The notes beneath the pieces were generated by a model. It did not search any database. It was not told the DNA's origin and saw only the letters and a program-made list of their open reading frames with translations. DNA of 64,000 bases from the NCBI GenBank assembly GCA_013265495.1, contig MU057503.1, positions 124,001-188,000 of the forward strand, written 5' to 3'. Shown in pieces: positions 34,923 to 46,858 of the stretch; position 1 is the first letter of the stretch, and every line of letters begins with the position of its first letter. A program made the translations under genes and the position numbers. The stretch comes from Vicugna vicugna. Taxonomy: Eukaryota.

Positions 34923-37900
34923 ACATCCTGAGTGGTTGTGTAGCCATGTGTTCAGCTGAAACTTCTATTGCTATGGAAGAAAGGGAGAATATACATTTGG
35001 CAACAGCAAGCAGTCTCTGCCATAGGGAGTACTATGACTTTTAGCACGTTTAGCACAATCTCCAATTTGGCAGCAAATCATGTTACATTAATAATGCCCA
35101 ACATCATTAATACAGTGACTAACAGAATCAGTGTGATATTATAGGAAGAGCAACCAAGTAAGAGTCATGTTATTTGGATGCTAGTCCTGACCCTACCCTT
35201 TTACTAGCTTTATGACCTTGGTAAGTCACTTCTCTAAGTATTAAACTGCTCATCCAAAAGGTAAAGATTAAATGAGATGCTAGGTCCACTGAGTTGTATG
35301 AACATTTGATTTCAATTCCACAAATATAACTTTCCACAGATCATTTCCTCCCTACTTGTCATTTCAAGAGTCAAGCACTTGGTTAGAGTGTTGCCTTGAA
35401 CCCCTTTCGTGTATATCAACCACCATAGATATTGTTTAAACAAGTTACCTCTCATTCTCAAATAGCTGATCTTTAATTTTCCTTGTCCTTTCAGGAGTTT
35501 GTATTTTACTATTTGAGGTACTGAAAGTGACTGAGAACTTTTCTCCTTAATACTTACTATAGACCCTTAGGGCTGAATTAAATCAGGGTAGCAAATCCAA
35601 AACTCTGACTTAAACAGAAAAACATTCAACTACAATTTTAAATATCATTAGTAAAGGAGAGTCCCTGAATTATCTGGCAATAATTTCCAAATAGGAAAAT
35701 CTTAGTTATAGCTAATCCAAACCCTTCAATTCCATCTGTCTCCAGTTAAGGGAAATGCATCTCTAAATAGCATTCTTCTAGGTGTTTTGCTCTTAAATTT
35801 AATTATATTTCATCATTCTTAGCTATTTTAAAGGCCACCTTCATATTGCCATTGTCTCTTGCGTGTTATATGTTTTATGTAATAGTTCACTCATTCGAGG
35901 CTCCTTTGAGTCTCATGCTGTATTATTTCTTACCTGTCAAAATATGAGTCCAAAGAGTTAGCTTCGTAAACCAAAACACAGGCACTTCCAGTACTTTTCA
36001 GGGAAGTCATGTTTTCAATTTCATGGACCCCCAAGCTGCTCCCTAAGCATGTTGTACTCACAGAAGAGATATGGGTCCAGGAAGAAAAAACCATTTAAAC
36101 TCATGTGGGATAGGGTGAGGTAGGATAGAGGTGGGTATCCACTGTCACAATACAAAATGCAGAATGTTTAGAAATAAAAAGAATAATTACTAATGCTTTC
36201 ACTTTTAACATATGTTGTAGTCTCTATAATTGAGATTTGTCAAAGAACTGCTTAACTTCATAAAATCATCTAGGGAGCTTCTAACACTGCATATTCCTAG
36301 TTCTAACCTCCTGATTTTCTGATTTGGGAGACAACCAAGAATGTACTATTCTTACATATCCCCTGCTTTATTTTTACATATATTAAAGTTTGAGGATGAC
36401 AACAGCCTATAAAAGATCTTTTCCTCCTTTCAGTCTTTCCACAATAAAATCCACTTCTAATCAGAATTTCTTGTGATAATCTTTAAATGCAGTGACAAAG
36501 ACTATGATACTTAAAAACATAAAGTGAACAAGATTTTTATATAAAGTCTGCAAATTAACACACATTCAAGTTTGCATACAGAAATATGAGTTGTATACTA
36601 TTTATAAAAAAATTTCATTTCCTCTGTTTAAGCATTATCTAAATAGAAATGAATATAGAAATAAAAATATATACAAATATAAATATCTATATGCCATAGT
36701 ATGTATTTGTATTACATTTATATTTAACCATTTATGGCTTAATAAATCTTAAATAAAGTCTTTTAATGTAGGCAGCACAACTCTTTTAGCAGAAATATAA
36801 ATTGCTTTTACATTGTTTACTACAAACATTTATCATCCATTGGTTATATCATTCTTAGCAGTCTATTGTGTTTAACAGAAATACGATTTATCTATTAAAA
36901 AAGGAAACCCAATGGATGATAAATGATTAACATAGAGACATCAAATAGAAGAAATCATTGAATATAAAATCAACCTACTGATACAAGTCAGCATTTTTAT
37001 TAAAAAAATTGTCATAATTTTAAAGAAGGAAAAAAAATCCTAGATGAAGTGATGCCAGTTATAGTACATGAGAGTTATACTAGAGTTTGTTTACGTAATT
37101 CACTGAGACTAAATATTCCTAGAAGGCTAGGCATAGAAATTGTTCTACCAAGAACTGATAATCCAGCCTTACAGCTACTACATAATTTTGCTCTTATCAC
37201 AAGGTCATTGATGAATCCAGGCAAAAGTAATTCAAGAAACCAACCGAAAAAAACCAAAAAAACAAAAGAAGCCAACCTATCTCTTTACATGAATGCTTCC
37301 CAAACTGAAGAGCACAAGAATCACCTGTGAGAGTGTTAATATGCAGAATGCTAAACATTATTCCTGATTCACCTACTAAGCCACATATTAAAATGCACCT
37401 TAATTGTTTTGTAATACAGCTAATTTACAAACCACATTTTTAGAAATCCTGCCTGAGACTGAAATGATTTTCCCTTTTAACCCTCCAGCCATTAACAGTC
37501 TATTGGATAAGTGATATACCAGCGGTGAAAAGGAAGAGCAAATTCTATATTAGTTCCATCATCCCCTTCTGAAGTTCAGGTGAAGATTACATTCTCAGAT
37601 TCCTTGCTTCCTAATTTAAGGGTTCCTTTTTCTGTGGGGGAGTTCTAGAAGTTAACTTGAGGTGCCAGAGTCTATTCTTGACCAGAGAATGCTATTTCTG
37701 TAGCTTTTGAAGACCAAATTTCTCAGTTCATGTTCTTGCATATCATGACAGCAAATATGTAATAAAATCAAAGTTGGTGAAAGTTTCCTTCCTAGTGAAT
37801 TATCATTTCCCTTAGATGAATCTTTCTATATTTTTAAAAACTGATTTACTCTCTTTAACATAGTTTTAATGTTTTTTCAGATTGAAAAAGTATTCACATC

Positions 37901-38129
37901 CTTAGAGGCTGTTATTGTTTATTTTCTGAAGTTATTTATGCAATATGAAAACAGAAATCTTACAAATGCAAACCTTGTTAACAGTAGAAGAATTTGGGGG
38001 AAATTTCTTTCATTTTGGAAGTCTGACAGTTCTGAACTATCTTTTAATTTTCTAGTTTCTTTTATTTCCACTTCAAGAGGAAAAAAATTGAAATCCATTT
38101 TTCTCTGAAAGGGCTAAAAGAAACTTGCT

Positions 38130-39459
38130 ACTGGACAGCTGCATGTAAATCAATGAAGTTAGAACACTCTTTCACATCATACACAAAAATAAACTCAAAA
38201 TGGCTTAAAGACTTAAACATAAGACAAGATACTATAAACCTCTTGGGAGAAAACATAAGCAAAACATTATCTGACATAAATCTTAGCAATGTTCTCCTAG
38301 GGCAGTCTACCCAGGCAATAGAAATAAAAGCAAAAATAAACAAATGGGGCCTAATTAAACTTATAAGCTTTTGCAGAGCAAAGGAAATCATAAGCAAAAC
38401 AAAAAGACAACCTACGGAATGGGAGAAAATATTTACAAATGATGAGATTGACAATGGCCTAATTTCCAGAATATATAAACAGCTCATGCAACTTAACAAC
38501 AAAAAAGCAAACACCCAATCCAAAAATGGGCAGAAGACCTAAACAAGCAATTCTACAGTGAAGACATACAAATGGCCAGTAGGCACATGAAGAAATGCTC
38601 AATATTACTAATTATCAGAGAAATGCAAATCAAAACTACAATAAGGTATCACCTCACACCAGTTGGAATGGCCAGCATTCAAAAGTCCACAAATGATAAA
38701 CGCTAAAGAGGATGTGGAGAAAAGGGAACCCTCTTATACTGTTGGTGGGAATGTAGTTAGGGGCAGCCACTATGAAAAATAGTATAGTGATTCCTAAAAA
38801 AACTAAAAATAGACTTGCCACATGATCCAGCAAGCCCACTCCTGGGCATATATCCTAAGGGAACTTTAATTCTAAAAAGCATATGCACTCCAAAGTTCAC
38901 AGCAGCACTACTTACAATAGCCAAGACATGGAAACAACCTAAATGTCCATCGACAGATAACTGGATAAAGAAGTTGTATTATATTTATACAATGGAATAC
39001 TATACAGCCATAAAAAAGAATAAAATAATGCCATTTGCAACAACATGGATGGACATGGAGATCACCATTCTAAGTGAAGTAAGCCAGAAAAATATCATAT
39101 ATCACTGATATGTGGGATCTAAACAAACAAACAAACAAAAGATACAAACAAATATTTACAAAACAGAAAAAGACTCACAGACACAGAAAACCAACCTTAT
39201 GGTTACCAGGAAGGAAAGGGGGTGGGAAGGGATAAATTGGGAGTTCCAGATTTGCAGATACTAACTACTATATATAAAACAGATAAACAACAAGTTTCTT
39301 CTGTATAGCACAGGGAATTATATTCAATATTTTGTAACTATAATGAAAAAGAATATGAAAACAAATATATGTGTGTATATATATATATGACTGAAACATT
39401 ACACTGTACACCAGAAATCAACACAACATTGTAAACTAACTATACTACAATTTAAAAAA
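38130..39459 (+). mobile_element. 5'-truncated L1 (ORF2 C-terminal part, disrupted, plus 3' UTR)
   Basis: ORFs 38153-38542 and 38815-39108 are L1 ORF2p pieces. A 14-bp TSD AAAAGAAA(C/T)TTGCT lies at 38116-38129 and 39460-39473. Confidence 0.93.
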
Positions 39460-40444
39460 AAAAGAAATTTGCTGAACAGCACCATTTATATGAACCATTC
39501 AAAAGCAGTTAGAGCATTACAGAGTCTAGAAAGTATTGCTTAAAACCACTCAGCTCTTGCTCTATTAAAGCAGGATATTTTCCTCCTTACCTTGATCTGC
39601 TTCTGTTTTCCACCAACCACTTTAAGTAGTCAGTAGACCTGGCTTTCATTCTTATTATTAACTTGCCTATGAAGAAATTTCATTTAGTAAGAACTTATCA
39701 AGGAACCACTGTCCACATAAAGCTGTACTAAATAGCTTGGGAGATAGAAAGGAAAAAAGGGAGGGAGGAAGGGAAAGAGGAAGAGAATCAGGGCAGAAGG
39801 AAAGAAGAAAACAAAGTTTTGACCACATGTATTTGTAATATATTTTGGCTAGCAGTTATATGTATTATCCAGCTCCTATGTGTTTATGGCTCCACTCCCT
39901 TCATAAATCATCTTGACCCAATTTCCTCTGATTGTAATACATGAGGTTGCTCTTGCTTCCCTACACTGTTTCAGCGTCTGCATTAGTGAGTCTTTATAGC
40001 ATTTCTTTTGCATATGCCAAAGAGTATTCTACTACAACTGGTCTAGAAGCTGTTTGTATCTACTATCATCTATCCATGTCTTAATATAATCAGTATAATT
40101 TATAAGCTCCAGGTCTCATTCTTGATGGATATTTAATAAAATTTGATGTTAAGAATTTGGCGACATTGCCTAAAAAGTTAAAGTAATCTCATAATCACTG
40201 AAGACTTTAGTATGGCTATTATCTTCTATATTGTGTCAGTTTTACAGTTCATTGCTAAAAATATCTTTCACACGTTTGTGAACCAGCAATCCAGAGACTA
40301 TATCTTACTAAGCCCAATTCCTTACATTATCCATGACATGACACATCTGTGTAGTACTATCGTAGGTCAATGCAGTGGTGAATTTTAGGTCTGAAATATT
40401 TTGTTTTGTCTTAATTTACTCAAGGTAGGCTGCTCTGCTACTTA

Positions 40445-40950
40445 CCTGAATGAGTTTTCTATTGATACTGCAACAAGTTACCATAGACTTAGTGGATTGA
40501 GACAACACACACGTTTCATTTTACATTTCTCTAGGTTAGAAGTCAAATGCAGATTTCACTGGGCTAAAATCAAGGCATTAACAAGGAAGTGTTTCTTTCT
40601 GGAAACTTTAGAGGAGAATTCATTTCCTTGCCTTTGGCAGCTTCTAGAAGCCATCTACATTCTTTTGCTTATGGTTCCTTTATTCCATCTCCAAAAGCCA
40701 TTCCTCCTTTATCATATTTACCTCTGACTACAGCCTGGAAAGTTTCTCCACTTATAAAGATGTATGTGATTAGATTGCGCCTGACTGGATAATTCAAGAT
40801 AATCAATCTCCCTATCTCAGGGTCCTTAACCTTAATCAAATCTACAATTTGATTGGCATGTTCTGCCATTTTGCCATGGACCGTCATATATTCACAGGTT
40901 CCAGGATTAGGACATGGACATCCTGGGCAGTCACTGCTCAGCCTTCTGTG
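40445..40950 (-). mobile_element. MLT1C/D-like solo LTR
   Basis: Antisense MLT1 landmarks: ttaccatagacttagtgg, cactgggctaaaatcaagg, tccttaaccttaatca, ttcacaggttccaggattaggacatggacatc. Confidence 0.8.
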
Positions 40951-43900
40951 CTGTCAGTCCACAGGCAAGATGACTGTAACACATGTATTTGGTCTATTAT
41001 GTATCTATGTTCATAATTAGAGGACATGCAGAAGCATATGAAAACATTGTTATATCTTAGCCTACTATTGGTTTCCAAGTACATTGTTTTACCCTTAATA
41101 ATACCTTAAAAGAAAAGACTGTGAGTAAAGCTGGACTTCTAATATTATCCTTCTTAGCTCCTTTAATGATGGAGTTTCTTTGACAGGAGGCACTACTAAT
41201 TTTAACAGAACTGTTTAAATTACTGCAAAGCAGCCTTGTGATCTCAATGAATTTGTTTAGACATTCAAATTTAGCAGCTGCCCCAGTCTAAGAGGGACAA
41301 ATATTTTGTAAATAATAATTGCTACTATATATTGAGCTTTGTTATGAGTTTCACATTCATTACTTCATTCCCTTTTGACTGAATTCTATGAAAGAAGTCT
41401 ATTATTCCTATTTCACAGATGAGGAAGCTAAAGTTTCCAGTACCACAGAATTAGCAAGTAGTAGTGTGGGGTATTCAAATATAGGTCTTTCTGATTCTAA
41501 ACTGTGTAATCTTTCCACTATATTGTATTAAATTTCTGTAAACGTTAAGTAAGTCAAGTTATATATTTCCCTCACATGTCATGAACCCCTCATGCTATAG
41601 AAATCACATCTAGTGTATCACACAGTGGTCTTGGGAATTAATAATTTTAGAAATACACAACTGACATAGTCCTAGACAGAAGCATACGGGCTAGCAACAA
41701 AAAGTGATTGTAAATATTTTTGTAAAATCACTAGACTTGTTTTACCTTCACTGGTGATATCTTCTAACTTAACTAAAGCTTCTGTGTGGTCTGTAGTGCC
41801 CTAGCGCTTAGGGATACCTGGAAGATAACATCATGAAAAATTCCTCACTCAATGTTTATAGCACTCCTAGAACACAGATGTATTCTTTAAGACTTGCCAT
41901 TATATTGTTCTAAAACTCTTCGTAAGCAGTTGAAATCTTTTTACTATTTAAGCCAAAATGAAGAGAAGGGTTGTCCAAACAGAAAATCTAAATAATTCAG
42001 TCCTCTCTTGGGAGGAAACAAAGTTAATCTCTCTGGACTCTATATAGCTGCAGAATCACTGGAACATTACACAGTCCTCTGCTTGACTGTGGATGTGTAG
42101 ATTTCCAAGATCCAACAGCATAAAAGAAACCATTTTTAAACCCTTGCACAAAACTGATGTAAAGTGAGAATGATCAAGTATATAATGTTAAGATCAATAT
42201 TTTGTTTAATTTAACTTGTCCTTAAAACAAAAGATCAGCATGTTTGATTTAGCTTTTAAAAGTCCATCCCATTATCATGAAGCTTGGGAAAGGACCCAGA
42301 GGCTGCTTAAAATTTCTATTTTTTCATGAAGTAGTTCTTTATCATCCTTAAAGTCTATCAATAAATACAACAATATATTCAACCTTGAAATTTGTCAATA
42401 ACTATAAGCAACAAATAAAACATAAAACAGATTTTCCCTCCTATTAACTTTGATTTAATCTATATCACTCTTGGTTGGCTAGGATAACCTGACTCTTCTT
42501 GGAAAAGTTTCCCACCATACAAGCACATTTCATTTTGAAATATCTAGGACCCACAGAATATACCATGTCTATTAAGAATACTTTTTGTTATAATTCTAGA
42601 TCTATAAGACTATTTGATTTGTTTATTGATTCAATTCAGTTTAGTTCTATGATCATTTAGTGAGTATCTGCTATAAAGTAGGCTGACATCAACCTTCAGA
42701 GTAGTGTAAGCGTTCACAATATTTTGTGTGTGCTTCCAAAACAGAGAATGTAAAGTAGCAGCTCGGACTAATTAATAAGTAGACTTCATGCCCATGTTAA
42801 AATTAAACTTTCTAGATCCTTTATGGTAGAAGACATAATTTTGTTTGTTCTATTCTGCTTTAATTTAAATAACTTCAGTTAGCACAGTCAGTTCATCAGA
42901 GTTCCCGTAACCCCATACCATCTTACAACAGTTTTGCTTCGCCCATTTGCATCAGCTGTATCTAACCCTTGCAAGCATTTGAGTTTCAGCCCCTGGAAGA
43001 GTCTAATCACATTATTTTAAATGAGAAAACTAATGCTCACAGAGATTAAGTAACTTGGCCAAAGCTACATATCTAGTTAATGGCACTGAGCCGAGTCAAA
43101 ATCCAAGTATACTGGCCCTTTGTATACGATACTGTATTCATTTCACTACTTTTTATTTCTCCTTATCAAGACCTAACATTTATCTGAAATAAGAAGCCTC
43201 TGTGTTGGGTTTTTTTTTTAAGTTTTAAAAACTACATCGGGGCACTTAACAATTTTTATTCATATCTCAAGTTTCAAACTATCATGAACAGATTAAGCAC
43301 TTTACTATATGCTGTTTTGGTGTTTGCTCTATTCCCCTCACCTCTCCACTGCCTTTTAGCTGTTCAGATAGCTAGTAAAGAGAAAAGGGAGTCATGAAAT
43401 TATAAAAGGGAGAAGAATGAAAGGTTGACAGAGTTGAACAGGCATGGGGGAGTGGGGAGTTATCAGAGGGAATAACTGTAGAGGAAGGACAAGGAAGAAG
43501 GAAAAAGTGAAACAGTGGCTCCTGAAGGCCATAGATAGGAAGAGTTGAGAAATAAAGACAGCTAGGTCATCAATCATTGTTCCTTTAGGGGTTGTGCTGA
43601 TTCTAGCAGATTTTTCCATAGGCTCCTGGAGCCAGCAAGAAACAGAATTGTGAAGTATGCAAAGCTCCTCTTGGAAGTCTTTGTACTTTCTTGCAATCAG
43701 CTCTCTTAAAAAACGCAAGGCTTTTTCTTCTTTCTCTGGTCCATCTCAGGGTGAAAACCAGCTCTCATTTGACACCTTAGTTTTAAGACTTACTCTCTCC
43801 TGCAATGTTGACATTTGAAGTCCTCTTCATAATTTTTGAGTATAAGAATCTTTCTGAAAGGGATCATTTAAACATTGGTGAACAAAGAGGAAGTTATCTG

Positions 43901-46703
43901 ATGATCAAGGAATCCGGCCTTTTTGTAAGGTGCACTTTATTCATATCAAGCCTAATTTCTAAAGTACTCAGCATACCCCTTTCCCCTATTTAAAGCCCTA
44001 GGGTAAATTTCTAATGGATAAGAAAGGTGCAGAGAACCTGAGAAGGTAATGATGATCAATAGCCAAATGGTACATTTTCATAAAGTTTATTAAGGGAAGC
44101 ATCAATGAAGACACTCATTCCAAAGAAGCAGAGGTAACCTCTGGCTTATATTCAATTATTTGTGCAATTCAAGGGAAAATAACATTTCTCATCAATTATC
44201 TACTTAGTTATTCAGTAGAGAAAATAGATATTCAGGAGCAGACTTTAACCAATTTAGTTTTTATAAACAGTGTCTTATTTCTCTTCATAATTGAGAGTAG
44301 AAGCATTAAGTAAAATAAGCAGAATTTCCAAAAATTAGTAAACCAAGGTCACTAGAAAGTTGACTGCTATAATCAAAATCATAAAGTTCATTAGAAAAAA
44401 TAAAAACTTACCCAAACCTTCTAGATTCTGGAGCTAGACTGCTTGGTTTCAAATTTGGGTTCTGCCACATGCCTCAATTCCTCATCTACAAAATAAGAAT
44501 AATAATATCTACCTTGTTATGAGGATCAAGATAATACTTTAAAGTCTTTAGAACCTGGCTTGGCACTTCATAAGTGCTTGCTAAATAAAATACTCTAACT
44601 ACTATTCTTTCTTGTCTCTGAAGCCAACTTTAGTTAGGTCTACAAAATGACTTCATAAACCTGACATATAATTCAAGCTGATATTGAACTTACACATCTA
44701 TATCTATATCATTGCCTTGAACATGGTGCAAATGAAGAAAAGGTTATCATACTTTGTTGCAAGGATACAGGTTTCAACATATCAAAAATACACTTTCTCC
44801 GAAGGGAGACTGGACAGCAGAGTGTGCATGAGGCATCACTTCTCTATTATGTTATGTTTACAACATGATGGAGAGTATGTTTGCCTTCAAAGTCCGCAAC
44901 TTTTTTTTCCAACAGCTTTATTGAGATATAGTTTACATACTATTACAACTCATCCTGTCAACAGTGAACATTAGCGTTTATTAAGTAGTTATTAAGTCCC
45001 AGGTAATAAGAACACATTGTTTCACTTAATCTTCACAAAAATTCTTTAACATAGATATCACCATTCCCAATTTAATGACTAAGCTAAAAGTTAAGTACTT
45101 TGCAGCTAGAGGCTGAGGTGAGGTTTCAACTCATGTTCTTATGACTCCACTGTTCTTCACATATCATGCTGCCTCTGGAAAATTACTTAGTTCTCTTTCA
45201 GAGGTTAGGTGGGAAGGGGGAGAATATGACCCTTTGATGGTGCCCAAAGTTAAACTAATTTTTTAACTTGCAGAAGAAAAGTCAAATAGTGTAAGAAACA
45301 GCAGTAACTGGAAGCTGTTCTCAGACTTGCAAATCAAGGATGACACAATAATGCAAAATAGTATTATTGCAAAGAAAATAAGCAATCATAAGGCTGATAC
45401 GCACAAATTATAATGCCAATATACACTACCTCAACTTGGAAGGGTACAGTACTTCTTACTAGCATATTACTCCCATTTAATGCATTCCCACCAAATGGAC
45501 AGAGGTTGAAAATGAGTAAACAAGAGAGATCATGCAGGAATTCTTATCCATCTTTCAGACTTTTCACTTCAAGTTATCTTTAGTCGAATCTCTGGACATC
45601 TTCATGCTTGGAAATATTTAAGCAGTTTTGCCGCAATTCATTTATTAAACAAATTATTTAGGTGGTTCTTAATTGTTAGGCAGCACTGTGCTAGCCACCA
45701 GGTGTACAAAGGTTGTTGGGTTTGGGGGGGGCTTGTTTTTTAATTAATCTGATTCAGCCCAGTTTACATGTTAGCTCAGGCTTTCCTAAGGAGAGGTAAT
45801 GAATGTACTACAGTGGATAGACAGCCGGTGGGCTTTGGCAGCTAGGTTACAAACTTGCCGCTCCACATACTGTGTGACCTCGGCATTTGGTTTCTGAGAG
45901 ACTCGATTTCCCCATATATAACATAATTGGCTTCAAATAATAGCTGGTCTTATTACCTAGTTTCAGGTGTACACACCATGGGAAGATGTGGCTATGAAAA
46001 TGTTACTTTATAACATCGAGGAGAAAGGGTTTATCTCACGCTTTTTCCCCTTTGGTACCCGGTACTATTCGATACGTATTTTACACCCAGTTCACCGAAG
46101 AACTGGAACGTGTTTTCACTGCAGTTTAGCTGTCTGGGTGTGCCTGGGGAGGCGTCACAAAGAGCCTATAAAAGGTCTCCACCTACAGGAGTAGGAGCGC
46201 AAGAGGGAGGCAGGAAGGGCACTGCGGCTAAGCGTTCGGTTTCGGACTGTTCTCTGTTTGGCCCAATATTCCCCGCGTTTAGGTTCTGCGACTCGCAACG
46301 AAAAGACGCGAGTCACGGAGCTGTTAAAATTTTCTGCCATATTTTAGCCGTCCCCACGCCCCCCGCCCCGCCTCACCCTCAAGCGTGAGTGAAAGCACAA
46401 ATAAGGGTTTTCAGGCGTCTGTGGGAAAGAGGGAGGGGAAGGCAGAAGTCGAGGATCGACGGGGCGGTGGCTCCCCTCAAGCGACAGAGGACCGAGGCCC
46501 CAGAGAGGAGAATTAAAACCAGGCGGTCCCGGGCCGGTGGACGCCAAGGAAAGCCGCTGGACAGGCGGGGGCCGATGGGGGGCAGTCGACCGCGGCGGCG
46601 CTCTCACTCCACCCGGGGCCAACGCTTGTCCGGAGGCGCGCCCCCCCTCCCTTACGTCTCTTTTGGTTTCGACCTGCCGGCTGGGCGGGGCCGCAGGACG
46701 CCA

Positions 46704-46720
46704 TTCCCACAATGCTCTGG
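46704..46720 (+). promoter_or_regulatory. ZNF143/Staf-binding-site-like motif
   Basis: TTCCCACAATGCTCTGG matches the SBS core TTCCCA(C/T/G)AATGC, about 50-65 bp upstream of the ATG. Confidence 0.65.
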
Positions 46721-46809
46721 GGCGTGCCGCCGCCGTCGCTGCCGCCTCCGCTACCGCTAGTGGAAGAAGATGGCGGAAGGCGGAGCGGCGGATCTGGACA
46801 TCCAGCGGT
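46714..46809 (+). ncRNA. Region equivalent to the human MIR6125 hairpin annotation (status as a real miRNA is doubtful)
   Basis: 46773-46792 GCGGAAGGCGGAGCGGCGGA equals my recollection of mature hsa-miR-6125. The upstream arm GCCGCCTCCGCTACCGCTA is complementary to it. Confidence 0.35.
46767..46776 (+). promoter_or_regulatory. YY1-type motif overlapping the start codon
   Basis: AAGATGGCGG is the YY1 consensus core, commonly found overlapping start codons of housekeeping genes. Confidence 0.5.
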
Positions 46810-46858
46810 CTGACATCGCGACGCTGCTCAAAACCTCGCTCCGGAAAGGGGACACCTG
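46770..46858 (+). CDS. USP15: Ubiquitin carboxyl-terminal hydrolase 15, coding part of exon 1 (start of the DUSP domain); the gene continues beyond the window
   Basis: Translates as MAEGGAADLDIQRSDIATLLKTSLRKGDT plus a split TG|G (Trp) codon, matching the known USP15 N-terminus. It is followed by a canonical donor GTGAGG at 46859, has a good Kozak context (AAGATGG) and lies in a CpG island. It is too short to appear in the ORF track. Confidence 0.97.

Larger units (their letters stand above)
33310..35023 (-). mobile_element. Old MLT1-type LTR (33310-~33700 and ~34925-35023) split by an L1
   Basis: Antisense MLT1-like blocks on both sides of the L1 (gctttaagcaagatagaaattt; ggaagaaagggagaat...agtctctgccata). 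Confidence 0.55.

Noticed and set aside
46167..46174. TATAAAAG as the USP15 TATA box
   Set aside because: It is about 600 bp upstream of the ATG, at the edge of a CpG-island promoter. It cannot be supported without TSS data.
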